Shown one piece after another: positions 38,105 to 51,874 of a stretch of DNA of 64,000 nt; position 1 is the stretch's first letter; each line of letters opens with the position of its first letter. A model generated the notes under the pieces. That model had not been told where the DNA came from. It searched no databases and was given only the letters and a program-made list of their open reading frames with translations. The stretch covers positions 79,732,001 to 79,796,000 of the forward strand of contig OZ024744.1 in NCBI GenBank assembly GCA_964016885.1, written 5' to 3'. The position numbers and the translations under genes are program-made. The DNA comes from Eledone cirrhosa (lineage: Eukaryota).

Positions 38105-39816
38105 CTGAAAGAAACCAACATCCAGTTCATAAAACACTTTTATATAAAAACATATTCACTTCTAAAGTACTAAAAAAACCCATCTGTAATTGTTTTAGTT
38201 TCAATACAAGGTCTCGGATCAAGTCATCTGCCAGCAAGCCTTCCAGCACTGAGGAACTTAACCCTTTAGCATTCAATCTGGCCAGAATTCTCTCACCTCT
38301 TTCTGTTCAAACCAGCTGTAACTGGCTATTCATACTTATGTTAAGGTATTGTCCTCAAAATAAATAATATCATAGATTCAATATTATGAGAGATAGTTAT
38401 ATAATGTAAAGCCTTTACCATGAAAATACAATAGTATATATAGAGTAATGTAAGTGCTAAAGAGTTCAGCCCCTCCAATAATGTGGAAACTTATTGAATG
38501 ATCTTAAACTTTTGTTAGTTAAAAAACTATGTATCACTGTTCAAATAAGTAACAAGTACAAATAAACATTAGAAAGCGATCTATTACTGTACCATCAAAG
38601 ATTTAAATATCTGTCAACGTTATGTCTATTGTCATCAAAACACACAATGTGTGTTATAGCACATTCAGACATTAAATGATGATGATGATAAACAAAGCGT
38701 ATAAAAGCTATTTGTTATATCTACATTAAATTTATCTTAAGCTTCTAATAAGTACTGTGTTTATCATCATCAGATCTGCCAACCTCTAAAAACCCCATGA
38801 AAAGAAGTATCCCAAAAAGGGAGAAATGAGGCAAAATGGGGAGATTTTACATAATGAAAGCTATACCCATTTTCACAAGTGAAGACATCTCTCACCCACT
38901 CCAAAGTGGGTGAGATCTTCTCGTCGAACGGGAAGAGTTGACAGGTCTGCATCATCATCATCATCATCATCATCATTACTGTTTAACATCTATTTTTTCC
39001 ATGCGTGCATAGGCTAGATGGGTTGTTCATGTTATGAGACAAGTCTGGCGATTTGACCACACCAAACCTTGCTCAAATGGTGCTGTTTTTCGAGTTTTTT
39101 TTTACAGCTGGATGCCCTTCTAAACACCAGTCACGTTTACAGTGTGTTATGCATAAATATTTGTTATTTATTCACAACACAGTGATTATAATGATGATAT
39201 TTGATTATGTAATGAGGATCATGATATTTAATTAATCCTGTTGCCAAAAGAATGCATGCTACACAATTACTTCAGCCATTTGTATTTGACATAAATAGCA
39301 TCTTCTATAAATTCTCTCAGTAGGTGGAAGTATAAGGTTACATGCCTCATGATGAATAGCCAAAAAACTGAAATGCACAAAGGCAATTTCTTATGTTTTC
39401 TATATACACAGAGAAAAACAAACACTTGTTCGTTTTTATAACAAGGCTTATAACAACTGTAAATATATCTACACCAAATTTATCTTTATATATACAGTAA
39501 GTCCCTACCATACAAGCATCTTACTTACAAACTTCCTCAGATTCGAACAGTCTAACGAAGAAAAAAAAATTGCTTTTTTCTTTAACAATTTATTGTCATT
39601 AGTTTTACAGTATTCAAATTCATTAGTGGATTGGCAGTATCGGTAGAGGGTCGGACGCCATGCTTTGACGGCCCTTGCCATTCTGAGTTCAAATCCCGCC
39701 AAGGTTAACTTTGCCTTTCATCCTTACGGGGTCGATAAAATAAAGTACCAGTAATGCACTGGGTATTTGCTGGCCTTGTGCCAAAAGTAGAAACAATTAT
39801 TACATGTTATATATAC

Positions 39817-39849
<33 letters not shown>

Positions 39850-40474
39850 TATATCACTCATATGGAAACCTGCAGTAACAATGTAACATATATGGGCTTA
39901 CTGGTATATACTGTGATAGACAATCAACTTATGAACAACCTCTTGAAACGTAACTTGCTCGTAGTTTGGGGATTTACTGTATATATATATATATTCATAT
40001 AAAAACTTGCCCATCTTTTTGTTGTTTTTTCTATTGCCTTTGTCCTGTGCACTGCCCCACCTGTATACATACATACACAAACACACACACATATATTCCT
40101 TCCTGTTCTGAGAGATCCTTCATCAACTTCAATGAAGTCCTTGAGGCAAGCTTGATTCATTGACTAAGCTTGGCAAACTCAAATTTTGATTGTTAACTTC
40201 TTTACCTCATCAACAGTAAGGTTTAGAATTTCTGCAAACTCCAATGGATCCCAATAATATCTTCTGGTTGGTTTGGCAAACAATAATTTCTTTGTGTATA
40301 TTGTATTTTCTACTCAACATACATGTTTGATATATACTTGAGGTGTTGTACATAGATGAAGCTTGAAAAAGGGGAAGGAAGCCTTGATAATGTTTTATAG
40401 ATATACACATAAATAAAATGATGATGATATAACCCCCCACCAAAAAAAAAAGAAAAGAAAAAATGTTACAATAC

Positions 40475-40530
40475 CTTTTCTTCTATCATCTGTTTATATT
40501 TTTCTTTATCATTTTGCCATTTCTCTGCCT
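40475..40530 (-). CDS. MTUS1: MTUS-like small exon ((Q)AEKWQNDKEKYKQMIEEK)
   Basis: tttatacag / gtattg. Supplies the phase 1-to-0 link required between the flanking exons. Confidence 0.78.
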
Positions 40531-41149
40531 CTGTATAAATAATATTAAAAAAATAATTAACCTTAAAGTAAATTTCTTATGTCTAAAAGTAACAAGAAAA
40601 AAAAAATGTTTACAACTAATATATTTTAATTTAGATACTCAGAAAGAAACCAAGAATCATTGAAAACAAGTTTCTTCTTGACTTCGGTAACTATCTGTGT
40701 GAATACAGCATGGCTGAATGGTTCAAAAGGTTCCCAGTTCAATCCCTCTATGTGGAAACTTGGGCAAGTGTCATTTATCATAACTTTGGGCCAACCCAAG
40801 CTTTGTGAGCAAAATTGGGTAGATAGAAACTGTTTGGAAACCTGTTGGATGGACTGTAGCTGTAATTCAAAAATGCCGGCCTTGTCACATATGCACACTG
40901 TATCATGCTGAATCTCCCTGAGAATTACTTTAAGGGTACATGTGTCTGGCAATATTCAGCCATTTACACAATGGACTGCACTGTATAATTCAAAGGTCTG
41001 CCCTTGTCACATATTGTGTCACTTTGGGAGTTACATTAATGATACACATGTCTGGAATACTCAACCACTAACATGTTAACTCATAACTTAGACATCCTGT
41101 TGAGCAAACAATTGGATGTTCAGCATTGAAACTGATGGAGAACATTATT

Positions 41150-41490
41150 GAGCTTGACTTATGTCAGCTTCAGTCACCATCACACCATCGAAATGTTGCC
41201 TCTCTTTGCCCTTTTTTTAAAATAAATATTTTCATAGGAATTGTTCCGATGAACTTTCCTGTTTGTTGCCTCATCTTCAAGATTTTATACGGAACACCAG
41301 ATTGATGGTTAGTTCTCATCTATTTTCAGGTGAAGTTCCTAAATGCAATCACAAATACTATTTTAATAGTTTCTTCCCTCACACATATTGCCTATGGAAT
41401 TCTCTTCCAGCTTCTTGCTTTCCTGACTACTACAATTTACAAAAACTTCAAAAGCAACATCAATTGTCATATTCTACCTCCTTGAATTAT
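41150..41490 (+). mobile_element. CR1/L2/Jockey-group LINE 3' relic
   Basis: NCSDELSCLLP...YFNSFFPHTYCLWNSLPASCFP. Confidence 0.75.
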
Positions 41491-41622
41491 GTTTGTTTTA
41501 TCCTTTTTCCTTCTCAGTAACCCCTTGTATTTTGGGGGCTTTTTATTGCCTTGCTTGAGAGAAGCTAAAAAAAAAAAAAAAAAAAAATTGCAACCACCAA
41601 AGAAATGGAAAAAAATACTCAC

Positions 41623-41781
41623 GTCGTGATAGTTCTTGCATATGTTTCTCATTGAGTTTTTCCTTCAGTTCCATAAGAGTGGTGTTGTGAGTTGTAACCA
41701 AAAGCGCTAGTGCTTTTTCATGGGCAGCATTGAGGTCTTCTATTTCTTTGGTGAGGCTTTTTTGCTTTTCATTTAAATTCT
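41623..41781 (-). CDS. MTUS1: MTUS-like exon ((E)NLNEKQKSLTKEIEDLNAAHEKALALL...HMQELSR)
   Basis: ttccag / gtgagt, phase 1-1, coiled-coil heptads. Confidence 0.87.
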
Positions 41782-43387
41782 CTGGAATTCAAATTCAAAT
41801 TTTATTTTTAATTTTGTACAAGAAAAAAATCAACAAAATTTCAACAGAATTGAAGAGGGAGAGAGAAAGAGAAAAAAGAGAGAAAGAAGAAAGAATTATA
41901 AAAAAAAATTACTTGATTTGTTTGCTAAAACTGTACAACACTAAAAGAAAAAAAGAAAGGGACCAAACATTAGGTTTGATCAAAGAAACAGCATTTCCAT
42001 TGGTTTTTAATATCTGTCAGTTACAACTTCTGGCAGATAGAGGTGGGATTTGAACTCAGAACACAGAGAACCAGAGCAGATATGGCAGAGTATCTAGTCC
42101 AACTCTTTTAAAAAAATTCTGCCATTCCACTGCTCCTTAATTGGTACTTTATTTATCAACCCTAGAAAGGATGAAAGGCAAAGTTGACTTTAACAGGATT
42201 TGAACACAGAACACAGAGAGCTGGAACAAATACCGATGCAATTAATCCCAGACTAACTAGTAAAATGGGGTCAGACAATTCCTTGTTAGTGAAACATAAA
42301 AGGCACTGGCCTAGTCGATAGGGTATTGGACTTATGATCATTATATTCACGGGTTTGATTTGTAGGCTGGTTTGTGCATTGTGTTCTTGAGTAAAACTCA
42401 TTTCATGTTGTTCTAGAATACTTAGCTGAAAATGAGTACCAGCAATAGTTTGGGGTTTAACCTAACAATGGACTGGCATTCTACCCAGGAGGAAGTCTTT
42501 TAGTCTCAGTTGCTTAATGCCAAGAAAACCAGGATAAGCACTGGCCTAATGAGTACCTGAGATTAAGACAGGCTTTAGACTTTTTAGAAACATAAAATAG
42601 TCGAAATAAAAAATAAAAAGAAAACGCAGCAAGATATTTTTCTAGAGTTAGGTCAACATTGTTTGAAAATAATAAATGACAATTAAATTGCATACTGGTG
42701 GCTTGTGCAGGGTGGGGGTTGGCTTAGTGAGAATTAGGATTGCAGGTCAGTGGTTGGTTTACAGTAAGTATTTTCTGAGCTTTTTGTTTACAGGGTAGGG
42801 CAATCACCGGTCTTATTTGCATAAATATATCAAAGGAAATAAATTATTTTAAATATTACACATAGTATTCCTGCATTTTGTCAAGTGGTGACTAAAAGGA
42901 TTGGTGCCAGGAAGTGCACCTGGCCACAAAACAGTCTCAAAAAGGGCTCCCTGTCATGACAGCTGCAGAGCCAACTTTTGCTTTAGAGGGAAAATTACCA
43001 TAAACCACTTGTTATTGATGTTGAGAAGTTTCTTTGGGAGTTGTTTGAGCTGTTGATTCATTGTGGTGATAAGGTCCACATCATCCTCACTTTCAGCCAG
43101 GGTTAGATTAACCATTAAGCAAAATAAGCACAAGTTTAGGACATCAAGAGTAGAGAGGCACCATTTTATTAAAATTAAGTGTATTAATCATACCTAAAAA
43201 TTTTTTTTTTGCCAGACTTTATTAATGGGGACCTGTCCAGCCCATTACAGCATGAAAAGAAATGTATGTTAAATGATGATGATGAGAAACAGATTTAACC
43301 AGCTACTTTTAAATCTGTATGTATGTACCATGTCATGAAACACATTGAATCTACAGACGAAATATACACTTGAAAGAATCAACTTAC

Positions 43388-43469
43388 CCAGTTCCTTTTT
43401 TGTTTCAGTGAGTTCTTCTTTCATTAAACCAAACTTTTCTTTCAAAGAAAAATTTGTAAATGCATCAAG
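43388..43469 (-). CDS. MTUS1: MTUS-like exon (LDAFTNFSLKEKFGLMKEELTETKKEL)
   Basis: ttttcag / gtaagt; phase 0 in, phase 1 out. Confidence 0.87.
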
Positions 43470-43957
43470 CTGAAAAAGAAAAAGTTGGAGAAATGTTTAT
43501 AAAAGTTATATTTTGTTTCTGTTTCTCTTATTTTTAACAAATGTTCTTCCATTTTTATGTGTGTATATATGGTGAAATTCTGTTATAACAAAATTCATGG
43601 GGTATTAAAAAAAATTCTTTATAACGAGATTGACCTAACACATTGAGCTGGGAATTGAAAAAAATTCGTTATAATGAATTTTACCTGTATATAAAATATC
43701 TGTACCTAGTTTCAGGTTAGAACATTTGGGAGAAGTGAATACACTTTAGTTGACCATATGTAAGAAGTATTAAAAAGTATTCATAGTCATGTCTGTCATT
43801 TGTGAGAGGTACTCATAGTTAACCCTTCTGATATCAAACTGACTGAAGCCATCTCTATTTCTACAATATAAAGCTGTTTATTTCAAAGTGTTTATATTTA
43901 GACTATAGTGTATTATTATGTGAATTGGACAATAAATGCTAAAAATATGATAAAAAC

Positions 43958-44198
43958 GATGTTGGGGACATTGCTTTGCAGTTTTTATTTTATAGGTCTT
44001 GATATTCTTGCAGTTCTTTGTAGGTATTTTATATTTCGGAATAAAGTCCCTTCATCAAAAGATTAATAGAAGAGCAAAAAAACATGAACTAGTTTCTTCT
44101 ATTAATCTTATGATGAAAGGGATTTTATTCTGAAATATAAGGACCCATAAAGATCTACAAGAATATTAAGACCTATAAAGAACTGCAAGGTAACATCA
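43958..44198. mobile_element. Inverted-repeat element with degenerate hammerhead motifs in both arms (Penelope pLTR-like)
   Basis: Arms 43958-44073 and 44094-44198. Motif (T)TGATGA-A-GGGA...TCC-GAAA-TATA. Single copy also at ~30320-30402. Confidence 0.55.
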
Positions 44199-44214
44199 GA
44201 GATTGGTTTGTATA

Positions 44215-44885
44215 CTTCCGTTCCAGTGATTACAACCATGAAGACTGACCTCACGCAGGAGGTCCACCAGCAGCTGCATGAGCTGGTGGAAGCTGACCCA
44301 TGTCAGCTCTCTGAAGTGCTTGGGGGCATCACAAACAACCATCTTCAATCACTTGCATGCAATAGGGAAGGTGACCAAGCTTGACCAATAGCTGTACTAC
44401 AATCTGACTGACCATAATCGTGAATGTTGGGCAGCTGCTGCGACTTCTCTGCTCTCCTACCATCATATAACCAACTGGTTATATTCCATTGTCACTGGTG
44501 ATGAAAAGTGATGTCTCTACATTAATGTCCAAATGTAAGCAATCGAGAGTTGATAAAGAGAGTGCACCACAGCGGCAAACAAAGGCTGACCTCCAGCCTC
44601 GCAAGGCTCTGCTGAGCATCTGGTGGAACTAGAAAAGTGTGATCTACTATGAGCTGCCCCCACCAAACACCAGCATAACCTCTGATATCTATTAACAACA
44701 ACTTGTCAGATTAGTGGCAAAAATTGTACAGGTGTGCCCTCACCTTAGTCCTGTTCGATTCTTTGATAACAACGTTCGGTTTCGTACATCAAGAATGACC
44801 CTTAAGAAGCTGCTGGAGCTAAGTTGGGATTTTTTGCCTCACTACCATATTCCCCTGACCTCGTGCCAACAGACTATCATCTTTA
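44215..44885 (+). mobile_element. Degenerate mariner (DD34D) transposase fragment
   Basis: IVTGDEK*CLYINV, KALLSIWWN, IYYEL, DNN.R, KKLLELSWD and PYSPDLVPTDYHL. Confidence 0.9.
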
Positions 44886-45065
44886 ATTGCAAATGATACC
44901 TATCATTTTGATTTGTAAAACTTTCCTAATGCTATAAAACATTTCAAAATAAAAATTTCAACTGTTTGTTCAGCCTAACACATTTAAAGTTAATATATCA
45001 AAAACTATTTTAAAAGTGTACCATAAAGAAAACATTTACTATATTATATAGGTATTTTATAAAGT

Positions 45066-45830
45066 TATACGTGAACGGCAAAGCATAAACGAACTAAGGA
45101 AAAAATTAGAAATAAGAGGGATCAGATGTTGTTTACTCGTGAGAAGGCTACGTTGGTACGGTCACGTGATGCGCATGAAAGACGACAGCTGTATAACAAA
45201 GTGCAGGGCAATAAAGATAGACGGTAGCCACGGAGTAGGCAGACCCAGAAAAACATGGGACGAGCTGATAAATTCCGACCTCACACGCTTACACCTCTCC
45301 AAGACAATGTCACTGGACCGAGACCTTTGGCGGTACTCAGTAATAGAGAAGACCCGCCTTACCTAAATACAAAGTAAAAACCTACTACAGTCAGTAGGCA
45401 TCTCTATCAAAACACCCCCCCGTCCCACCACCCCTTTCAATGTACAGTTATGTTGGTCCCACAACATCCAGGCCGAAACAAATGAGATCGTGTAGGTGTC
45501 ACGACAAAAAACACACAGTCCACGCTGTAAATGTGGCCGTGTAGGCAACACGGTAAAAACCTCCCAGCCCCACACTGTAAATGTGGTTGGTGTTAGGAAG
45601 GGCATCCAGCTGTAGAAAACCCGCCAGACAGTCCACGCTGTAATGTGGCCGTGTAGGCAACACGGTAAAAACCTCCCAGCCCCACACTGTAAATGTGGTT
45701 GGTGTTAGGAAGGGCATCCAACTGTAGAAAACCCGCCAGACAGTCCTATGCGAGCAAGACAACCACTCTTGCCTCAAGTGGGAAAACCCCCATCCAAACC
45801 CATGCAAGCGTGGAACACGGACGCTAAACC

Positions 45831-45864
<34 letters not shown>

Positions 45865-45865
45865 A
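45066..45865 (+). mobile_element. RTE-type LINE 3' end (same subfamily as 35025-36250)
   Basis: RRLRWYGHVMRMKDDSCITKC; UTR with an internal duplication; (GAT)n tail. Confidence 0.9.
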
Positions 45866-47141
45866 TATTATATAGCCATATTAAATAGCGGCATGTTATT
45901 AAATATGATAGCATAAATCTTTCACCAACACCCTTCTCCCTTCTTCATCCACTATAATAATGGAGAATATATGCTATAAGTTTTATATTTGATGGTACTG
46001 GTGATGGCAAGTGGCCTAGTGGTTAGAGTGTTGGGCTCACAACCATAAGGTCTTGGGTTCAATTCCTAGACCAGAATGCATTTGTGTTTGAGCAAGGCAT
46101 TTTATTTCACGTTGCTTTAGTTTTCCTGTCATGTCACTGGTGCCAAGCTGTACTTGGAAAACATCAGTCGCATGGGGAGAGGAGACCTGCCTGCATGGGT
46201 GACTTGCAGAAAGCACCTTGCACAAGCTTTGTGACTTGGAGAGGAACTTTCCAGGTGCAAATCCATGATCAATCATGACTGAATGGGGGCGTTTTTGAGA
46301 AATGGCAAGTTTCATAAATCATTAAATCATTAGGACACTATTGAAGATAACAACACCACTAGCAGCAGCAGCCCCACCACCAACTGCTGTTCCATAACCA
46401 TTATCACCATGTTATGTATTTAATTCTTTCGCATTACATTACTCTATATTTACTATTGTATTTTCATGGTGAAAGCTTTATATCACATAATACCTAATCT
46501 AGGAGATTTTGATATTATCTATTTTGAGAACAATACCTTAACATTGGTAAGAGCAGCTGGTTACAAGAGATTTGAAAAAAAAAGAGGTGAAAGAATTCTG
46601 GCCAGATATGGCCAGTTTAAATGCTAAACGGTTAAGGTAAGCCAACTGAGACTGACAAGATCAATTTGATTAAGTGACTATATAGTGATTCCTTACTAAT
46701 TGTTTTGTTTAAAGGTATACGCTACAGTGCTCCCACTGTTTACTGTATGTGATGTAAGTAACTATAGCTACGAGCCTATTGTTTTGACCATAGAACAATT
46801 ACAAAAACACTAGTGACAGTACACACACTGGCAACCTTGCTTGACACCCTCTTGGCATGCTTAGTTCTGTCTCTATTACATTAAACTACATAGTATATGA
46901 TTCAATTGTATAAAATAGTAATATGTGCACTCTTAAAGTTGGACAACCCTTGAACCAGGATGGGTGAAGTGATAAAAAAACAAACAAACAAAAACAGGTC
47001 CACAGGCATAACAGTATGATTAAGGAACTTGCTTGAGATATGGGTAAAGATAGTTAAATGATGAGGTCTGCATAGTGACACAGATCTATATGTATAGATA
47101 GATACATGATGGAAGGTGTATGATGGTACTGAGATATATGT

Positions 47142-47190
<49 letters not shown>

Positions 47191-47249
47191 AGAGGTTTTA
47201 TGACAGAAATATCATTGAGTAATCTTATGTGCAGCATAAGAGAATAAAT

Positions 47250-48156
47250 TCTGGCTATGGAAACAGCAGTTGAATCAAGAGGACCGAGAGTGAACCTAGC
47301 TAAGACAAAGGTGTTGATAAGTAGAAGAGAGGACAAAACTCTGATTCCATCAGGGAAATGGCCATGTTCGATATGTAGAAAAGGAACTGGCATAAATTCT
47401 ATAAAATGTACACAATGCAGATCTTGGGTACACAAGAGGTGTAGTAGGATAGCAGGCAAACTAACAGGTAGGGAAAACTATGTATGCAGCAAAGTTGGCA
47501 GTAGGAATTGCAGTGATAGACACATTTATCAAATGCAGGTGGGTTCTATAGAAGTGGTTGATAGCTTCCAGTACCTAGGTGATCAGATTAGCATGAGAGA
47601 GGGGTGTTCTGAGGCCATAGTATCTAGAATAAGGATGGGTTGGAAGAAGTTTAGGGAGCTGCTTCCTCTGTTGACAAAGAAGGGTTTCTCCCTGCATACG
47701 AAAGGCCGGTTATATGATGCTCGTGTGAGATGTGCGACGCTGCATGGTAGTGAGACATGGGCAGCAACTGCAGAGGATATGCGATGGCTGGAGAGAAATG
47801 AAGCAAGCATGCTCTGTTGGATGTGCAATGTTAATGTGCGTGAACGACCAAGCATAGATGAGTTGAGAGAGAAACTGTGTATAAGAGTGATAAGTTGTAC
47901 TGTGCAGGAGAGAAGACTGCAATGGTATGGACATGTGATGCGCATGGAGGATGACCGCTGGGTAAAGAAGTGCCAAGAAATCCCAGTAGAGGGAGACCAC
48001 AAAAAACATGGGCGGAGGTGGTGAGAGCAGACCTCAGATTGCTGAAGCTCACAGAGGAGATAATGAAGGACCGTGACAAGTGGAGAGATGCTGTGCTGAA
48101 TAGGACCCATCCAACCCTTGCAAGCAGGGAAAAATGGATATATGATGATGATGATG
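47250..48156 (+). mobile_element. RTE-type LINE 3' portion with Cys-rich insertion (second subfamily)
   Basis: VNLAKTKVL-GKWPCSICRKG...WVHKRCS...FQYLG...LHGSETW...RRLQWYGHV. Related fragments at 19958-20260(-), 22135-22425, 51465-51825(-), 60630-61040 and 63080-63680. Confidence 0.92.
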
Positions 48157-48279
48157 CCCTCAAAATATATATATGACAAAGACACTTTTTTGTTCACAGT
48201 AGTGAGGAAACAGCACAACCACAGCCTCGAATCGCACCTTACTATCTTCTAAAATGAAGAATGCATTAAAACACACTGA

Positions 48280-48765
48280 TCTAGGGATACTGCCTAAACA
48301 AAAAATGGGATGGTCATAGTTGGAACATCATAGATCATAGGTGTATTGAATCAGGACTGACATGGGATAAAGCAACTAAAGCAACCAATACTAACTATAT
48401 TCTATATATTAGATAATATAGTTTTAGATACACTATGTTTGTAAAAATGGATGGGATGGTCATAGCTAGAACAACTATAGAAACTAATATTAACTACTAT
48501 AGAGAGTGTAGTCCTAGATACACTATGTCTGAATAAAAGATGGGATGGTCACAGCTGGAACATCTTTCATTGCATGTTTACTAGATCAGGACTGGCCTGG
48601 GACTAAGCAACAACTATAGCCACTACCTTTTACATTATAGGTCAGATAATTTAGTATTAGATACACTGTGTTTGAATAAAAGATGTGTTGGTCACAGCTG
48701 AAGTATCTTTGGCCATAAGTCTGCTGGATCTACACAGGCTTGGGGCTAAACAGTAATAACAACAA
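48280..48765. repeat. Imperfect tandem duplication (~4 copies) of a ~100-140-bp unit (GATACACTATGTCTGAATAAAAGATGGGATGGTCACAGCTGGAAC...)
   Basis: Direct reading. Confidence 0.65.
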
Positions 48766-49596
48766 ACTAAGTTCCATTTTTCAAACAGGATACTAATATA
48801 TCTAAGAAGAAACACTGCTATCAATGTAATAGTTGTTCACCCTCACCACATCACTAGGTTTAACCCTTTAGCGCTTAAACTGGCCATATCTGGCCAGTAT
48901 TCTCTCACTACTTGCTGTTTAAACCTGCCATAACCTGCTGCTCATACTTATGTTAAGGTATTGTTCTCAAAATAAATAATATCAAAATCTCAAACATTCG
49001 ATATTATGTGAGATAAAGCCTTTACCGTGAAAATACAATAGTAAATATAGAGTAATGTAAATGTTGTAGGGTTAAAGGATAGGAAATATGGTATGTGTGT
49101 TGCCTAGTGGTAAGCGTGTTGGACTTACGATCATAACGTTGTGGGTTTGATTCTTAGATTGGGTTTTAAGTGAAACACTATATTTGACATTGCTCCGGTA
49201 TACTCAGCTTAAAATGAGTACCAGCAATAGCTGGGGGGGACCCGTGATGGACTGGCGTCCTGTTCAAGAAAGAGGGCGGGGACAGGGAGGAATCGTACTC
49301 CTAGTTGCTTCACACCATGGAAACTGGGATAAGCACTAGCCTGATGAGTATCAAGACAGACTTTAGAATATGGTAGGATAGGACACAATAATTTACAATA
49401 GATTAATGCCCATAAAATTTCGTACAATCAATCTTAATCATAAGTTATAAAAAGAAAGAAAGAAAAAACAAAACAAAATGCTCTGTACTAAAAGAAAAGA
49501 AAAAGAAATACTTTAAGAACACACACAGAAACAAGTTTTGACAAGTAGTTAAACCTAGGCCATGTCTAACTTAATAGGTGTCACCTGGTTTATATA

Positions 49597-49826
49597 CAGG
49601 GTGGGTCATAATTAGCTTACTGATTACAAAGAAACATGATAATGGCTTGCTTGCAAAACGGGCAGCATTTTCAACATTTAATGTAACTATATGAACTTAC
49701 ATGACTTGCCTGCATATGACGTTTGAAATAAATTCAAATATTACTATTGTTGCCTTTTTTTAATTTTTTTTTTTATTATTCGCATTTTTTAACAGTAACC
49801 TACTGACCAAATTATGGCTTACCCTG
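49597..49826. mobile_element. Tc1/mariner-type MITE
   Basis: TA|CAGGGTGGGTCATAATT...AATTATGGCTTACCCTG|TG. Confidence 0.65.
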
Positions 49827-49858
49827 TGTGTGTATATCATCATATACATATAAAATAT

Positions 49859-49913
<55 letters not shown>

Positions 49914-49929
49914 TAGAATTTATATATTA

Positions 49930-49967
49930 CGAGCTGAGGATCCGCTAAGATGAAACAATTGTTCTCG
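49930..49967 (+). ncRNA. Minimal type I hammerhead ribozyme motif
   Basis: CGAG-CUGAGGA-UCCGCUAAGAU-GAAA-CAAUUG-UU-CUCG. Helix I CGAG/CUCG; palindromic helix III ACAAUUGU; helix II weak. Confidence 0.7.
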
Positions 49968-50599
49968 GTATGGTGAACTAACTGTTGTGTAATCACTTCT
50001 ACCTAACTCGTCCCATGGACTGAGTGCTCTACCACTACAGATATTACCTTCCAGTGTTCTACCACTATTTCCAGGGTGGGTAAAATTCCCGAGATCCATG
50101 GACGAGTTCTCTCCAGCGGTCTCTGGACACTGTATTTGTCACCAAAACTATATATATATACACACACACATTTATACATCCATATATACACACAAATACA
50201 TACATGCATAAATATATTTTAGAATACACAGACACACACACACATATATATACACACACATATATACACACACACACACACAAATACATACACATCATCA
50301 CCGTTTTACGTCCGTTCTTCCATGCTAGCATGGGTTAGACGAGTTGTCCTGTTGTGGGCAGTGTCTGGTCGGCTGACCATGCCTTGCTCATACAGGAACT
50401 GATTTGGCTTGATTTCTACAGCTGGATGCCCTTCCTAACACCAACCTCATTTACAGTGAGTGCTGGGTGCTTTTTCCGTGGCACCTACACGTCCACTTTA
50501 CAGTGTGGGCTGGGTACTTTTTTGCTGTGGCACATATATACACATACACACACACACATACATACATACATACACACACGTGTATACATACATATATAT

Positions 50600-50642
<43 letters not shown>

Positions 50643-51874
50643 CACATGTATAGGTGGTTGAACAAATGTTATATGACAAAAGAAATTAGCACTCAATATT
50701 ATGGAAACAGAGATAAATATTTTATATATACATTTTAGAATCTTGTCAAAACATGTTACTTAAAGTTTCAGATAAACTCAATTGGGTGGGTGCGGGTGGG
50801 GCAATACGAAATATTGGAATAAAACTGCAGTAAAGACATTGAGTTTAAAATCATCAGATGTAGCTTGACTATTCATTAACTTCTTTCAATAGAATTAGCT
50901 TTCTTCCATTTGCAGCAAACTCTTAGACCGATTGGACAATAGCTGTATTCTATGGTATGGCAAATCTTGACCATAATAACATTAGGATAAAAGTACCGTA
51001 TATACTTGACTATAAGCCAAGGAATATGGGACCCCCAAAAATGAAGGTAGAAGCAGGTGTCAACAATTTTCACCAACTTCAAATTCTATGTAAATAAGGT
51101 TTGGATTTTTGCCCATTTCTCAGACATGAAATAGTGGAGTCTTCTTATATTTGAGTATATATGGTAATTAATTAAAATGAAATAAATTAACCTGAATTGA
51201 AATAACATTAAGATTAGATTAAACCAGAGACAACAAAGAATTCAAGCAAACATAAACTAAACACGTACATGCAACCAAATTCACCAGACCCAGAACAATC
51301 AAGGAAGACAAACCACACATGCCCCTCTAAACTATGCCCTCACCTCCCACCAAAGCAACCACTGACATGCACCAATTATTGATATGATGATGATAGATGT
51401 CATCAGGCTGCAGCCAGAGTATTGTGTACTTTCTGTATAATAATAATATCTCTCTTTCTTTCTCTCATCATCATCATCATTTTACGTCCGCCTTTCCCTG
51501 CTTGCAAGGGTGGGACAGGTCCTATTCAGCACAGCATCTTTCCACTTGTCACGGACCTTCGTCATCTCCTCGGTGAGTTTCAGCGATCTGAAGTTCGCTC
51601 TCACCACCTCCGCCCATGTTTTTCGTGGTCTTCCTCTACTGCGTCTTCCTTTTACTGGGATTTCTTGGCACTTCTTTACCCAGCGGTCATCCTCCACATG
51701 CATCACATGTCCATACCATCTCAGTCTTCTCTCCGGCACACCACAACTTAACCCTCTTATACCTATTTTCTTTCTCAACTTGTCTATGCTTGGTCATTCA
51801 CGCACATTGACATTGCACATCCAATGGAACATATACATAAATACAATATATCATCATCATCATATATATATATA

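Noticed and set aside
39290-39368. Alternative candidate exon between 41623 and 38104
   Set aside because: Hydrophobic non-coiled-coil translation and no convincing donor; 40475-40530 fits phase and composition better
39520-39560. CTGAGGA on the minus strand as a possible hammerhead
   Set aside because: No GAAA or helix partners; the context looks like a TA-flanked DNA transposon end
39626-39700. tRNA-like A/B boxes (also 12360-12400, 58945-59035)
   Set aside because: These are SINE heads or partial boxes and do not form a full cloverleaf
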